From Planctomycetota bacterium (GTDB lineage: Bacteria; Planctomycetota; Planctomycetia; Pirellulales; UBA1268), in assembly GCA_003670915.1 (NCBI GenBank), contig QWQH01000017.1, positions 7,845 through 71,844 on the forward strand: a stretch of DNA of 64,000 bases. The letters are read 5' to 3'. The notes under the pieces were generated by a model. It was not told where the DNA came from and ran no database searches. It worked only from the letters and a program-made list of their open reading frames with translations. The stretch's first letter is position 1; each line of letters opens with the position of its first letter. Both the position numbers and the translations under genes were made by a program. Below are positions 11,318 through 21,175 of the stretch, piece after piece.

Positions 11318-14300
11318 ATGCGTATCGTTGAGCCAATCCATAAGGCGAGGGCCGTACCCGTGCTCTTTCGGACTCTGATACTCGTTTTTTTAGGGATGGT
11401 TCCGGCGGCCGTCAGTGCGACCGATGAACTTTCTGCGAGCATTCTGCCTGTGCTCGCTCGACACTGCATCGGTTGCCACAGCGGTGCTGCGGCGAAAGGC
11501 GGGCTCAATCTGGCGACCGATGCATCGGCGGCACTTGCTCCAGCGATGAGCGACATCGCACGATTGGACATAATCGCGGATCGCTTGGGTTCGCACACGA
11601 TGCCTCCACCCGAGAGCGATGCGCCGCTTGGCGATGCAGACCGAGGCTTGCTTCTGACTTGGATTGAATCGCAGATCGATCGGAGGCTTGCGGGCCAGGC
11701 CAATCCGGGTTCTGTCACGATTCGGCGTCTCACTCGCATCGATTACCGCAATACCATTCGTGATCTGTTGGACTGTGGAGTGGATGTCAGCGCGTTTCCG
11801 TCGGATGATGTGGCCCATGGATTCGACAATCTAGCCGACATGATCTCGCTTCCGCCGCTGCTGATGGAACGCTACACCGATGCTGCCCAACGCGTCGCTC
11901 AGCAGTGGTGTATTCGCACGCTCGGCGAAGGGCATGCCTTGCATCCATCGCCCGAACAGACACCACAGCAACGCGCTCTCAAGATTCTCATCCCACTCGT
12001 GTCGCGTGCCTTTCGCCGGCCAATCACGCCGCTCGAAGAACAGTCTGTCCGTAGCTTTTTTGACCAGTGCATGCAGGACTCGTTTCGCTTTGACGAAGCG
12101 ATGCAGGCCAGCGTGACGCGAATTTTGATTTCCCCACAGTTTCTCTACCGGATCGAAAAAGACGGGCCAATTGGCCAAGACTCCGCACTCAACGATTTTG
12201 AATTAGCCTCGCGATTGTCCTACTTTCTATGGAGCAGCATGCCCGACGAGGCGTTGTTTCACCTCGCCGAACAGGGGCAACTCCAGCGAGGAGACAACCT
12301 CCAGCAGCAAGTCAAACGGATGCTGCGAGACCCAAAGTTGCGGCATGGTTTGGTCGAGAATTTCGTCGGGCAATGGCTTCAAACGAAGCGGCTGCGCGCC
12401 ATCCGCCCGGATCCAAAGGCGTTTCCTGAATTCGACGAACCGCTTCGCATCGCCATGGAGGAAGAAACCTTCCGGCTATTCGAGGCGATCCTTCACGATG
12501 AGCTCCCCTTCACAGATCTCTTGGACGCTGACTACACGTTTGTCAATCAACGCCTAGCCAGGCATTACGGCATTGCCGGCATCGAGGGGGATGCATTCCA
12601 GCGAGTAAGCCTGGCAGGTCTACCGCGACGCGGGGTGTTAACCCATGCTGGAATTCTGGCGATCAACTCCCATCCGCTGCAGACCTCACCCGTGCTGCGA
12701 GGAAAATGGATCATGGCAGCCATCTTGGGAACTCCTCCACCGCCGCCGCCGGCTGGCGTTCCTGATTTAGCGGTGGTGGATGCCAGCGCGACGCTCCGTC
12801 AGCGAATGGAAATGCATCGCGCTCACACGAACTGCGCGTCGTGCCATGCGAGAATGGATGCACTCGGTCTATCGCTGGAGAACTTCGATGCGATCGGAGC
12901 GTGGCGAACCACGGACGGTAGTCTTTCGATTGATCCAACCGGTACTCTGCCCGATGGCGGAACGTTCAAAAACGCCATCGAATTGACGAGTTTGCTGCGA
13001 GAGAAGTACTCCGGAGCCCTGCGTAACACTCTGGCTCATTCCATGACAGTCTACGCTCTCGGACGGACGCTTGGCATGTACGATCGGCTTCCGCTGCGTC
13101 GCATCATCGCCCGCGTGACTCACGACAACGATCGCCTCTCCACCCTCATCATCGCGATCGTGGACAGCGATTTCTTTGGCCAGCGGCATAACTCTGGGCG
13201 CATTGCCGCCGAAAATTGTCCCGAGCCGTTTCATGTTGATATCAGCGGTAATCCCGATCAGCAATCGATTCTGACGGTGCGAGCCAACGCTCAGGCCAAT
13301 CATCCACTCGAACAAGAAGTCTCTTTTGAGCTCCATACGCTCAAGCCTTTGCTGCATGCCTCCACTCGCAGTGGACGTGCTGTGGGTGTGGGCAAGGCCG
13401 TCGGTGGAACCGAACCCAAGCAGGTATTTCGGTATTCGATCACAGTCCCGGTTGATGAGCCGGTGAGTCTGTCGTTTCTCCAAGGGATCATTGGGCAACA
13501 AGAATACAGCGACGATTTCCTGAAGGGGATCGCATTCGTGCCCCCATCTGACGAGGATCGCATTCTCGATATTGCTCAATCATCGCATGGCTGGAATGGC
13601 TCGTGGAACGGCTCATTGATTGGGCCATCCAACATTCGCCCGGGGACGCTTCTCGCGTTTGATTTCGATGTCGACCTTGTCGCCAAACAGTCTGCCAGTT
13701 GCGAAGTGTTTTTAGCCACACCGGGCGGTGTGAATTCATCCATGATTTCCAACTCAGGGCCGTTTCGCATTCAGGGCGAGGGCAAGCATCGCTTGACTCA
13801 AGTCGGCATTCGAAACGCTACGACTCACGATGCTTGGAATAGCAACATCACGCTGGTGATTCACTCACGAACCCAAACGGTCATCAGTAATGTGTCTCCC
13901 ATTCACGCGATTCGTCCTCAGTTGGGAGTGAGTGATACAAGTCCTATCAGATTCGAGCCCGTTGCCATCAACACGGCCGCGGTGTCAGCGGAGCGTCACG
14001 TGAGGAATGCACAGAAGGCAACGCTGACCGACCAGAAAAACTCTGTGTGGCGATCGGTGCTGTATGGGATGTGTCGCGTGGCCAGCGATCCAAAACGTGT
14101 GTATCTCACTACGACGGAACACGTCGGCGTTGAATTCATCGGCGAGCATGCTGCCCATTTTACGTTCGTTGGAAAAAATGCGACCGACACAGGAAACGGC
14201 CTGGCGTTGATAGGAGAGGACGGCAAGCCTGGGCTTGAAGGCGGCAGCGAACCGGAGACGGAGGCATTTCAGGTGGCTTTTCGAGGGGCTGCCACTGTTG

Positions 14301-14431
14301 GAACGTACCGCGCAATCGTGCGAGTCGTGACGCAGGCAGGGAATACAGGTGTCCCATCCAGTGGGAATCGCGGGGAGCCGCAGGCAGGCTTTTATTCAGT
14401 GAACATTCCCGTGGAGGTAATAGTTCAATAG
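11318..14431 (+). CDS. DUF1592-family planctomycete cytochrome c-domain protein (heme domain + DUF1587/1595/1592/1588/1585) with long C-terminal extension
   Basis: Signal peptide; CIGCH; RRLTRIDYRNTIRDLL; GFDN; RAFRRP; ELASRLSYFLWSSMPD; FVGQWL; TSPVLRGKWI; CASCH; LENFDAIGAWR. Confidence 0.93.
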   Translation: MRIVEPIHKARAVPVLFRTLILVFLGMVPAAVSATDELSASILPVLARHCIGCHSGAAAKGGLNLATDASAALAPAMSDIARLDIIADRLGSHTMPPPESDAPLGDADRGLLLTWIESQIDRRLAGQANPGSVTIRRLTRIDYRNTIRDLLDCGVDVSAFPSDDVAHGFDNLADMISLPPLLMERYTDAAQRVAQQWCIRTLGEGHALHPSPEQTPQQRALKILIPLVSRAFRRPITPLEEQSVRSFFDQCMQDSFRFDEAMQASVTRILISPQFLYRIEKDGPIGQDSALNDFELASRLSYFLWSSMPDEALFHLAEQGQLQRGDNLQQQVKRMLRDPKLRHGLVENFVGQWLQTKRLRAIRPDPKAFPEFDEPLRIAMEEETFRLFEAILHDELPFTDLLDADYTFVNQRLARHYGIAGIEGDAFQRVSLAGLPRRGVLTHAGILAINSHPLQTSPVLRGKWIMAAILGTPPPPPPAGVPDLAVVDASATLRQRMEMHRAHTNCASCHARMDALGLSLENFDAIGAWRTTDGSLSIDPTGTLPDGGTFKNAIELTSLLREKYSGALRNTLAHSMTVYALGRTLGMYDRLPLRRIIARVTHDNDRLSTLIIAIVDSDFFGQRHNSGRIAAENCPEPFHVDISGNPDQQSILTVRANAQANHPLEQEVSFELHTLKPLLHASTRSGRAVGVGKAVGGTEPKQVFRYSITVPVDEPVSLSFLQGIIGQQEYSDDFLKGIAFVPPSDEDRILDIAQSSHGWNGSWNGSLIGPSNIRPGTLLAFDFDVDLVAKQSASCEVFLATPGGVNSSMISNSGPFRIQGEGKHRLTQVGIRNATTHDAWNSNITLVIHSRTQTVISNVSPIHAIRPQLGVSDTSPIRFEPVAINTAAVSAERHVRNAQKATLTDQKNSVWRSVLYGMCRVASDPKRVYLTTTEHVGVEFIGEHAAHFTFVGKNATDTGNGLALIGEDGKPGLEGGSEPETEAFQVAFRGAATVGTYRAIVRVVTQAGNTGVPSSGNRGEPQAGFYSVNIPVEVIVQ

Positions 14432-14543
14432 CCTTCACGACGGGCTCAATGCAAGCTCTCAGTGAAGCCCGTGGTGTCGCATGTGTCGATGATGTGCAAA
14501 CGGATCGAAGGATTGTGTTCCACACTTGCCAAGGAAAGCTCTT

Positions 14544-15911
14544 ATGAAAAATCTGTCACGGCGAACCTTGTTGCGAGGAAACTTGTTGGGAGGAGCCGGA
14601 GTGGCCCTGGGGCTTCCGTTATTGGAGGCGATGCAGCACCGATCGACGGCGAGAGCCGCGGCCACCTCTGCGGCCACTCAACGCGTGGCATTTCTGTATG
14701 TCCCGAACGGCATCGTTCACGACGCATGGAAGCCAACGACCACTGATGCCAACTACGTGCTGCCATCTAGTCTCGAACCGCTTGCAGGCATCAAAGACGA
14801 TGTGCTCGTCCTGACAGGTCTCTCGCAGATCCCCTATAGCACGCGAGGCGGTGTGGGGCATGCCCTTCCAACAGCCGCCCTGTTAACTGGTGCGGTTGCA
14901 AGCAAAGACCGAATCCAAGTTGGCAAGTCGATCGATCAGGTGATCGCCGACCGAATCGGAGGGGATTCGAAATTGAAATCACTCGAATTGTCGATTCGTG
15001 GATCCAACTCGGCTGGGCATTGCGACGGGGAATATAGCTGTGCGTATAGCACGATGATTTCCTATCGGAACGCACACTCCCCGAATCCAACCGACAATAA
15101 TCCCAGGAGCGTGTTTCGGAGGATTTGCGGCGAACGCGGACAGGTCGCGAATGTCGGAGAACCTACGCGGCAGGAAGAACTTCGCACGCGCGTGCTTGAC
15201 TCTGTTCTGGCGGAGGCCCGCCGGCTGCATCGTACGCTCGGCACTGCCGATAGGCACAAGCTCGATGAATACATCTATTCAGTTGCAGAACTCGAACGCC
15301 GTATCCAACGCATGGCATTGCCAGTTGCAGCAGGCCGGTCGCCGCAACGTTTTGTGTTGGCAGACCAGGTGCCAGATCAGGAGCCATCGGATTTCGGCGA
15401 GCACGTGCGGGTGATGGGAGACCTCATGGTGTTGGCTTTTCAGACCGACGCAACCCGAGTGTGCACGTTCATGTTTTCCGTGGCTGCGGGTGGTCAGACG
15501 TATCCAATGCTAGGCATCCAGGAAGGCCATCACGAGTTGTCCCATCACGGTGGCAACGAGGAAAAACTTGCCAAGCTTCGAAAGATTGATCGGTACAACG
15601 TGTCGCTTTTTGCGTCCATTGTGGAGCGTTTGAAGATGGTTCGCGAAGGGAATCAAACCCTGCTCGACAACTCCATCATTTACTACGGGAGTGGACTTGG
15701 GAATGGGAATTCGCACACACCATTCGATCTCCCAGTGCTCGTTGCAGGCCGAGGTGGGGGCACTCTGAGTACCGGCCGGCATCTTCGTTTGCCGATGCAT
15801 ACTTCATTAAATAATTTATGGCTCACCGTACTCAACGCCATGGACACCCCGACCGAAAAATTTGGGGACAGTAGCGGACGGCTGCCGATTGAGGGCCCGA
15901 TTGAAAGGTAA
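14544..15911 (+). CDS. DUF1552 (HXXSHH) family protein, Tat-like N-terminus
   Basis: SRRTLLRG...ALGLPLLEAM; YVPNG; SIDQVIA; LAFQTDATRV; GHHELSHH; LLDNS. AAGGA SD before ATG 14544. Confidence 0.93.
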   Translation: MKNLSRRTLLRGNLLGGAGVALGLPLLEAMQHRSTARAAATSAATQRVAFLYVPNGIVHDAWKPTTTDANYVLPSSLEPLAGIKDDVLVLTGLSQIPYSTRGGVGHALPTAALLTGAVASKDRIQVGKSIDQVIADRIGGDSKLKSLELSIRGSNSAGHCDGEYSCAYSTMISYRNAHSPNPTDNNPRSVFRRICGERGQVANVGEPTRQEELRTRVLDSVLAEARRLHRTLGTADRHKLDEYIYSVAELERRIQRMALPVAAGRSPQRFVLADQVPDQEPSDFGEHVRVMGDLMVLAFQTDATRVCTFMFSVAAGGQTYPMLGIQEGHHELSHHGGNEEKLAKLRKIDRYNVSLFASIVERLKMVREGNQTLLDNSIIYYGSGLGNGNSHTPFDLPVLVAGRGGGTLSTGRHLRLPMHTSLNNLWLTVLNAMDTPTEKFGDSSGRLPIEGPIER

Positions 15912-16065
15912 TCCTCATGCCCGGATGACCCGCGTCTTCAGCCAGCGAGGATGGGTGGAGGCAGGCTTAAAAGCTCCAGAAGTGGAATGCACAGTGATTC
16001 TCAACAGTCGTTGTCATCGCGGATTGTGCCGAAAATGCTGCCACAGCACTCTTTTTTGCGGTGTG

Positions 16066-16094
16066 TTGACACAGGGCGGTGCGACCTTTAGATT
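16066..16094 (+). promoter_or_regulatory. Sigma70-type promoter of the S10 ribosomal cluster
   Basis: Perfect TTGACA (16066-71), 17-nt spacer, TAGATT (16089-94), about 250 nt upstream of rpsJ. Confidence 0.7.
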
Positions 16095-16344
16095 CGTCGC
16101 TCCATTCCGCAGCGACGCCCGCGGCAACGAGTGCCTCCGGATGACGTCGCGAAAAGTGCCTTTTCGGAGGCCATTTTTCGGTCTTGTAGGGCATTTGCCC
16201 GGGCTAGACTGCGATCGCTTGGATCCCGAAACGATTCGGTTATTCTGTTTTTGTTTGGATGGTTGAATGTCGATGATTGGCGTGATTGTGTCCTGATTTT
16301 GTTTGAATTCTTTGAACTGACTTGAACTGACTTGGAGTTTTGCC
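16095..16344 (+). promoter_or_regulatory. Long structured 5' leader of rpsJ (candidate r-protein leader/attenuator)
   Basis: Overlapping inverted repeats GCCTCCGG/TTCGGAGGC and CGAAAAG/CTTTTCG followed by CATTTTT. Tandem TTGAACTGAC x2 just before the GGAG SD. Confidence 0.4.
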
Positions 16345-16671
16345 GTGGCTGGTCCGACGCAGGAAATCATCCGCATTCGCATGGAGGCTTACGACCACTC
16401 CGTGCTCGATCAGAGTGCGGCAGAGATCGTAGACACTGCTAAGCGTACGAATTCTGAAGTGCATGGCCCCATTCCGCTCCCCACGCGGATTGAGCGGTAC
16501 ACGGTGCTTTCCAGCCCGCACGTCGATAAGAAGGCACGTCAGCAATACGAAATTCGGACGCACAAGCGCGTGATCGACATCGTGCAGGCAACAGCCAAAA
16601 CAATCGAAGCGCTCAACAAACTGAGCCTTCCCGCTGGAGTGGATATCAAAATTAAGGCTTCTTCGCGGTAG
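16345..16671 (+). CDS. rpsJ: 30S ribosomal protein uS10
   Basis: [34 protein letters not shown]. Confidence 0.98.
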   Translation: MAGPTQEIIRIRMEAYDHSVLDQSAAEIVDTAKRTNSEVHGPIPLPTRIERYTVLSSPHVDKKARQQYEIRTHKRVIDIVQATAKTIEALNKLSLPAGVDIKIKASSR

Positions 16672-16823
16672 TTCTGCGGAGAAGAGGAAAGCAATCAGTA
16701 GTTTTTAAGTAGTCGTTTTTAAGGAGCGCACGAAACAGCATGCTTGGACGGCGTTAGTGGGTAAGACTTGGCAACTGCCCAAGTGCTCCCAGAGCCACAA
16801 GACCTGTCTCGACGGCGATACCA

Positions 16824-17660
16824 ATGGCGGAACACGGAATGGCTGGACAGACTGAGCAGGTTCGAAAGACGGTGAGCCAAAAGGCTGGCCAAAAAATTGC
16901 TGGACCCGCTCTGAAAGGCCGCAAGGGATTGCTTGGCCGCAAAGTCGGAATGACGCAGATTTTTGAGGCTGACGGCACGGCGGTGCCGGTCACTGTGATC
17001 GAGGCAGGCCCGTGCCCCGTGGTGGTGGTCCGTTCGGTCGAGCGGGATGGCTACTGCGCTGTGCAACTTGGATTTTTAGACAAGCCTCGCCGCCTGGCAG
17101 GCCGCTCGCTGCGAGGCCAAGTCGCAAAACTCGACAGCAAGCGAAGTCGGCGGTTGACCGAAGGCGGTGCGGCCTTACCGGCCAAGGCCAACTGTGAGCC
17201 GCAGCGATTCATGCGAGAGTTTCGTGGGGTCTACGACGGCGTTGAGGTCGGTCATGTGCTCACCGTTGAACTGTTTGATGGGGTGCCCTCGGTTGATGTT
17301 ACAGGCACATCCAAGGGTCGCGGCACGGCGGGCGTTATGAAGAGGCACGGCTTCAGTGGCCAGCGAGCCTCTCACGGCGTCAAGAAGGTGCATCGCCATC
17401 AGGGAGGCACCGGGATGAATACGTCGCCGGGCCGTGTGTTTAAGGGAAAGCGAATGGCGGGCCGCTTTGGAAATGAACGCTCAACCATGCGGAACCTCAA
17501 GTTGGTGCGAGTGGATCGCGAACGCAATCTTTTGCTCGTGCGAGGGGCTATCCCAGGCCCCAATGGCAGCTATGTGGTGGTGCAACAGACTAATGTGCTC
17601 AAGAGAATTGCCGATCCATCGATCGCTCTATCAACAAAGAAAAAGGCGGGTGCCAAGTGA
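16824..17660 (+). CDS. rplC: 50S ribosomal protein uL3 (N- and C-terminal extensions, internal insertion)
   Basis: GLLGRKVGMTQIF; VPVTVIEAGPC; GTSKGRGTAGVMKRHGF; PGRVFKGKRMAG. Start uncertain. Confidence 0.97.
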   Translation: MAEHGMAGQTEQVRKTVSQKAGQKIAGPALKGRKGLLGRKVGMTQIFEADGTAVPVTVIEAGPCPVVVVRSVERDGYCAVQLGFLDKPRRLAGRSLRGQVAKLDSKRSRRLTEGGAALPAKANCEPQRFMREFRGVYDGVEVGHVLTVELFDGVPSVDVTGTSKGRGTAGVMKRHGFSGQRASHGVKKVHRHQGGTGMNTSPGRVFKGKRMAGRFGNERSTMRNLKLVRVDRERNLLLVRGAIPGPNGSYVVVQQTNVLKRIADPSIALSTKKKAGAK

Positions 17661-18451
17661 ATCTTGCCGTCTACGATATCTCGGGCAAGCAGGTTGGCTC
17701 CTACGAGATCGACCCAGCTGAGTTGGCTTCCTCGGTAAGCAAGCAGTTGCTTCACGATGCGGTGGTGATGTATCAAGCCAACCTTCGTCAGGGCACGATG
17801 CGCACCAAGAATCGCGGTGAGGTGCGTGGTTCCACGAAAAAGCTGTATCGACAAAAGGGAACGGGCAACGCTCGTGCCGGTGGTCGTCGCAGCGGTACCC
17901 GTCGGGGCGGCGGTCATATTTTTGCCAAACGCCCTCGCGACTTCGGATGGCGCATGCCCAAAAAAGCGCTTCGTACGGCTACGCGGATGGCCTTGGCCGC
18001 ACGCCTGGCTGACGACGAGATTACGTTGGTCAACACTCTGGCGTTGGCTTCGCCTAAAACCGCAACCGTGGCAAGGCTTTTGAGTGCCTTGGGGCTAGGC
18101 GAGCACACCGTGCTTGTTTCTCCTGAAAAACACGACGAAAACCTATGGAGGAGCGCCCGCAACATTGAGGGTGTGTCGGTTGCGCCGGTGGGTGAACTCA
18201 ATGCGTATTCGATCTTGCGTCCACGCAAAATTCTGATGACCACAGGTGCCTTCGACGCATTTCGTGCGACGGTTTCGTCTCGGACAAAGCCACCGCTGGC
18301 GGAGTCCAAGCCCGCGATGCGATCCGCTGCCCGAAAGAAGTCCGTGTCGCCGAAGTCGGCGGCAGGAAAGAAGGCGGCTCCCAAAACGCGTTCCAAGCCG
18401 AGTGCGTTGGCTGCCTCAACTGCGGCTTCCAAGCTCGGGAAGGGGAAGTAG
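17657..18451 (+). CDS. rplD: 50S ribosomal protein uL4 with K/A/S-rich tail
   Basis: RQGTMRTKNRGEVRGSTKKLYRQKGTGNARAG; SARNI. Confidence 0.97.
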   Translation: MNLAVYDISGKQVGSYEIDPAELASSVSKQLLHDAVVMYQANLRQGTMRTKNRGEVRGSTKKLYRQKGTGNARAGGRRSGTRRGGGHIFAKRPRDFGWRMPKKALRTATRMALAARLADDEITLVNTLALASPKTATVARLLSALGLGEHTVLVSPEKHDENLWRSARNIEGVSVAPVGELNAYSILRPRKILMTTGAFDAFRATVSSRTKPPLAESKPAMRSAARKKSVSPKSAAGKKAAPKTRSKPSALAASTAASKLGKGK

Positions 18452-18454
18452 TTT

Positions 18455-18775
18455 ATGTCAGTACCGGTTCCTCCAGCACCTAGTTTTACCGCAAGGCTTA
18501 CGCCCCATCAGGTGATTGTGCGACCGCTCATTACCGAAAAGGGGATGCACAGGGCCAACCGTCACAACGCCTACGCCTTTGAGGTGGTTCGCGAAGCGAA
18601 TAAAGCCGATGTCCGGCGGGCCGTGGAAGAACTGTTCAACGTGAAGGTAGAGAAGGTCGCCGTTCAAAATCGTATTGGAAAGGCCGGCCGCAGTCGCATG
18701 CGTCGCACCAGCACCAAGGCTTGGAAGAAGGCAATCGTTACTCTCAAGCCGGAATTCAAGATCAACCTGTTCTAG
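18455..18775 (+). CDS. rplW: 50S ribosomal protein uL23
   Basis: [38 protein letters not shown]. Confidence 0.97.
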   Translation: MSVPVPPAPSFTARLTPHQVIVRPLITEKGMHRANRHNAYAFEVVREANKADVRRAVEELFNVKVEKVAVQNRIGKAGRSRMRRTSTKAWKKAIVTLKPEFKINLF

Positions 18776-18798
18776 TCTTTCAATCAGCAGCAATATCA

Positions 18799-19656
18799 AT
18801 GGGCATTCGAACATACAATCCAACCAGTGCTGGCCGTCGCAACGCCAGTGTCTCTGATTTTGCCGAGCTTTCGCGCGGCGCCGAGTCGCCCAAGAGCCTT
18901 CGCGTGCGCAAGCACAAGACCGGCGGCCGCAATAACCAGGGTAAAATCACGTCTCGGCATCGTGGCGGCGGCCACATGCAGCATTACAGGCTCGTTGATT
19001 TCCGTCGCAATAAAGATGGCGTGCCAGGGAAAATCGACTCCATTCAATACGACCCAAATCGCACCTGTCGCGTGGCTCTTGTGCATTACGCTGACGGCGA
19101 AAAGCGTTTTATTCTCGCGCCCGAAGGGCTTGTTGCAGGATCGACTGTTCAAAGTGGTCCTTCAGCACCGCCCGAGGTTGGAAACTGCCTGCCGATGTCG
19201 GCTATTCCGCTGGGCATGCAGATTCACAATATTGAATTGCAGGCGGGTCGTGGCGGGCGGTTGTGCCGATCGGCTGGCTCGTCTGCCGTGCTTGTGGCTC
19301 GAGAATCGCAGTGGGCGCAGATTACTCTGCCCAGCGGCGAAATCCGGAGAGTTCCGGCCGACTGTCGTGCCACAATTGGCGCGATTGGCAACTCAGAGCA
19401 CATGAATGTTGTGCTTGGCAAAGCAGGCCGCAAGCGATGGATGGGCGTCCGTCCAACCGTTCGTGGCACGGCAATGAATCCAATTGATCATCCTCACGGC
19501 GGTGGTGAAGGCCGAACGAAGGGTGGTCGTCATCCCGTAAGCCCAACAGGTAAGAGCGCCAAGGGTGGTGGTACTCGCAAGCCAAGAAAGCCATCGGGCA
19601 CCAACATTATTCGCCGTCGTAAGAGCCGTCGTTACGGTCAACTCAAAATCCGTTAA
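18799..19656 (+). CDS. rplB: 50S ribosomal protein uL2
   Basis: [54 protein letters not shown]. Confidence 0.98.
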   Translation: MGIRTYNPTSAGRRNASVSDFAELSRGAESPKSLRVRKHKTGGRNNQGKITSRHRGGGHMQHYRLVDFRRNKDGVPGKIDSIQYDPNRTCRVALVHYADGEKRFILAPEGLVAGSTVQSGPSAPPEVGNCLPMSAIPLGMQIHNIELQAGRGGRLCRSAGSSAVLVARESQWAQITLPSGEIRRVPADCRATIGAIGNSEHMNVVLGKAGRKRWMGVRPTVRGTAMNPIDHPHGGGEGRTKGGRHPVSPTGKSAKGGGTRKPRKPSGTNIIRRRKSRRYGQLKIR

Positions 19657-19740
19657 GCCGTTTACTGAAGAGCAAAAAAACTACCGGCCTTCGGGCCTGT
19701 GCAGGAAAAGAGGGCAGGATACAAACTGCCGTAATACACT

Positions 19741-20043
19741 ATGGGACGTAGCGCAAAAAAAGGGCCGTACATCGATCCTCGCCTGTACGAAAAGGTAGAG
19801 GGGCAGCTTTCATCGGGAAGGCGCGACCCCATCAAGACGTGGGCTCGTGCCTGCACGGTCGTCCCGGAGTTTATCGGTCTCACGTTCATGGTTCATAATG
19901 GAAAGCAGCATCTGAAGGTTTTTGTCACAGAGGATATGGTTGGCCACAAACTCGGTGAGTTTTCCCCGACCCGCACGTTCCGCGGCCACGGTGGGCGAGT
20001 GAAGGAAGCGGCCCCACCTGCGGCCAAGGCCGCGGGTAAGTAA
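19741..20043 (+). CDS. rpsS: 30S ribosomal protein uS19
   Basis: [34 protein letters not shown]. Confidence 0.98.
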   Translation: MGRSAKKGPYIDPRLYEKVEGQLSSGRRDPIKTWARACTVVPEFIGLTFMVHNGKQHLKVFVTEDMVGHKLGEFSPTRTFRGHGGRVKEAAPPAAKAAGK

Positions 20044-20107
20044 GTCGGTAAAGATCCTCTGCGTGAAGTGAAAGAAGCAGTTCAAAAAAAGTCCACTCAA
20101 ACAACAC

Positions 20108-20443
20108 ATGCGTTACACAGCCACTCATAAATACGCCCGGATCAGTGCTCGTAAAGTGCGGGCGTTGGCAGATCTCGTCCGCGGCAAATTTGCGGACGAC
20201 GCCCTTGATATTCTGCGGTTTCAGCCGCACCGTGGGGCTCGCATGCTCGAGAAGGTCATCAAGAGTGCGCTTGGCAATGCTGAGCACGCTCAGGCCACGG
20301 GCGTGGACGATCTGGTGGTGGTCGATGCTCGCATCGACGAAGGGCCAATGTTCAAGCGGATTCGTCCGAGGGCTCGCGGCATGGCGTTTGGGGTGAAGCG
20401 ACGGATGTCGCACATAAAAGTCGCACTCGACTCAGCTGAGTAA
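20108..20443 (+). CDS. rplV: 50S ribosomal protein uL22
   Basis: RISARKVRALADLVRGK; KSALGNAEH; DEGPMFKRIRPRARG. Confidence 0.98.
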   Translation: MRYTATHKYARISARKVRALADLVRGKFADDALDILRFQPHRGARMLEKVIKSALGNAEHAQATGVDDLVVVDARIDEGPMFKRIRPRARGMAFGVKRRMSHIKVALDSAE

Positions 20444-20479
20444 CTACAGAATCACAGTTTTTAAGAAGGCATTTTTCTC

Positions 20480-21175
20480 ATGGGACAAAAAGTAAATCCA
20501 ATCGGATTCCGGACCGGTATTACCGAGCCTTGGAAGAGCCGTTGGTATGCCTCCAAAAAAGACTTCCGCGAGTTATTGCTAGAAGATTTTCGGATGCGGA
20601 AGTTCCTCAAGACAAAATATCGCGCTGCAGCGATTCCCAAGGTGGAGATTGAGCGCACTCGCGACGAAGTAAAGGTGATTCTGCATTCGGCGCGTCCTGG
20701 CGTGATTATTGGTCGCAAGGGGCAGGAGGTGGATCGCTTGCAAAGCGAACTCCAAGAACTCATTGGCCGGCGGGTGAATCTCAAGGTAGAAGAAGTTTCT
20801 CGGCCCGAGATTATGGCCCAACTCATTGCTGAGGATATCGCCGATCAACTGACAAAGCGGGCTGCTTTTCGGCGTACCATGAAGCGATCCATCGACACAA
20901 CGATGGATGCGGGCGCAAAAGGTGTAAAAATTCAATTGTCTGGTCGTTTAGGTGGTGCGGAAATGTCGCGATGCGAAAAGGGCATGGCTGGCTCCGTGCC
21001 GCTCTCAACTTTGCGGGCAAAAATCGATTACGGGTTCTGCGAGGCTCCCACGGCGCAGGGCAATATCGGAGTTCAAGTGTGGGTCAACCAAGGCATGTAC
21101 GAGGAGAACGGCGATGGCGCTGATGCCCAAGAGGGTCAAGCACCGAAAAAGCCAAAGAGGTCGTATAAGAGGTGA
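20480..21175 (+). CDS. rpsC: 30S ribosomal protein uS3
   Basis: MGQKVNPIGFRTG; ARPGVIIGRKG; SGRLGGAEMSR; VPLSTLRAKIDY. Confidence 0.98.
   Translation: MGQKVNPIGFRTGITEPWKSRWYASKKDFRELLLEDFRMRKFLKTKYRAAAIPKVEIERTRDEVKVILHSARPGVIIGRKGQEVDRLQSELQELIGRRVNLKVEEVSRPEIMAQLIAEDIADQLTKRAAFRRTMKRSIDTTMDAGAKGVKIQLSGRLGGAEMSRCEKGMAGSVPLSTLRAKIDYGFCEAPTAQGNIGVQVWVNQGMYEENGDGADAQEGQAPKKPKRSYKR

Noticed and set aside
14436..14476. Inverted repeat between the DUF1592 and DUF1552 genes
   Set aside because: It has a large loop and no U-tract, so it is not called a terminator.
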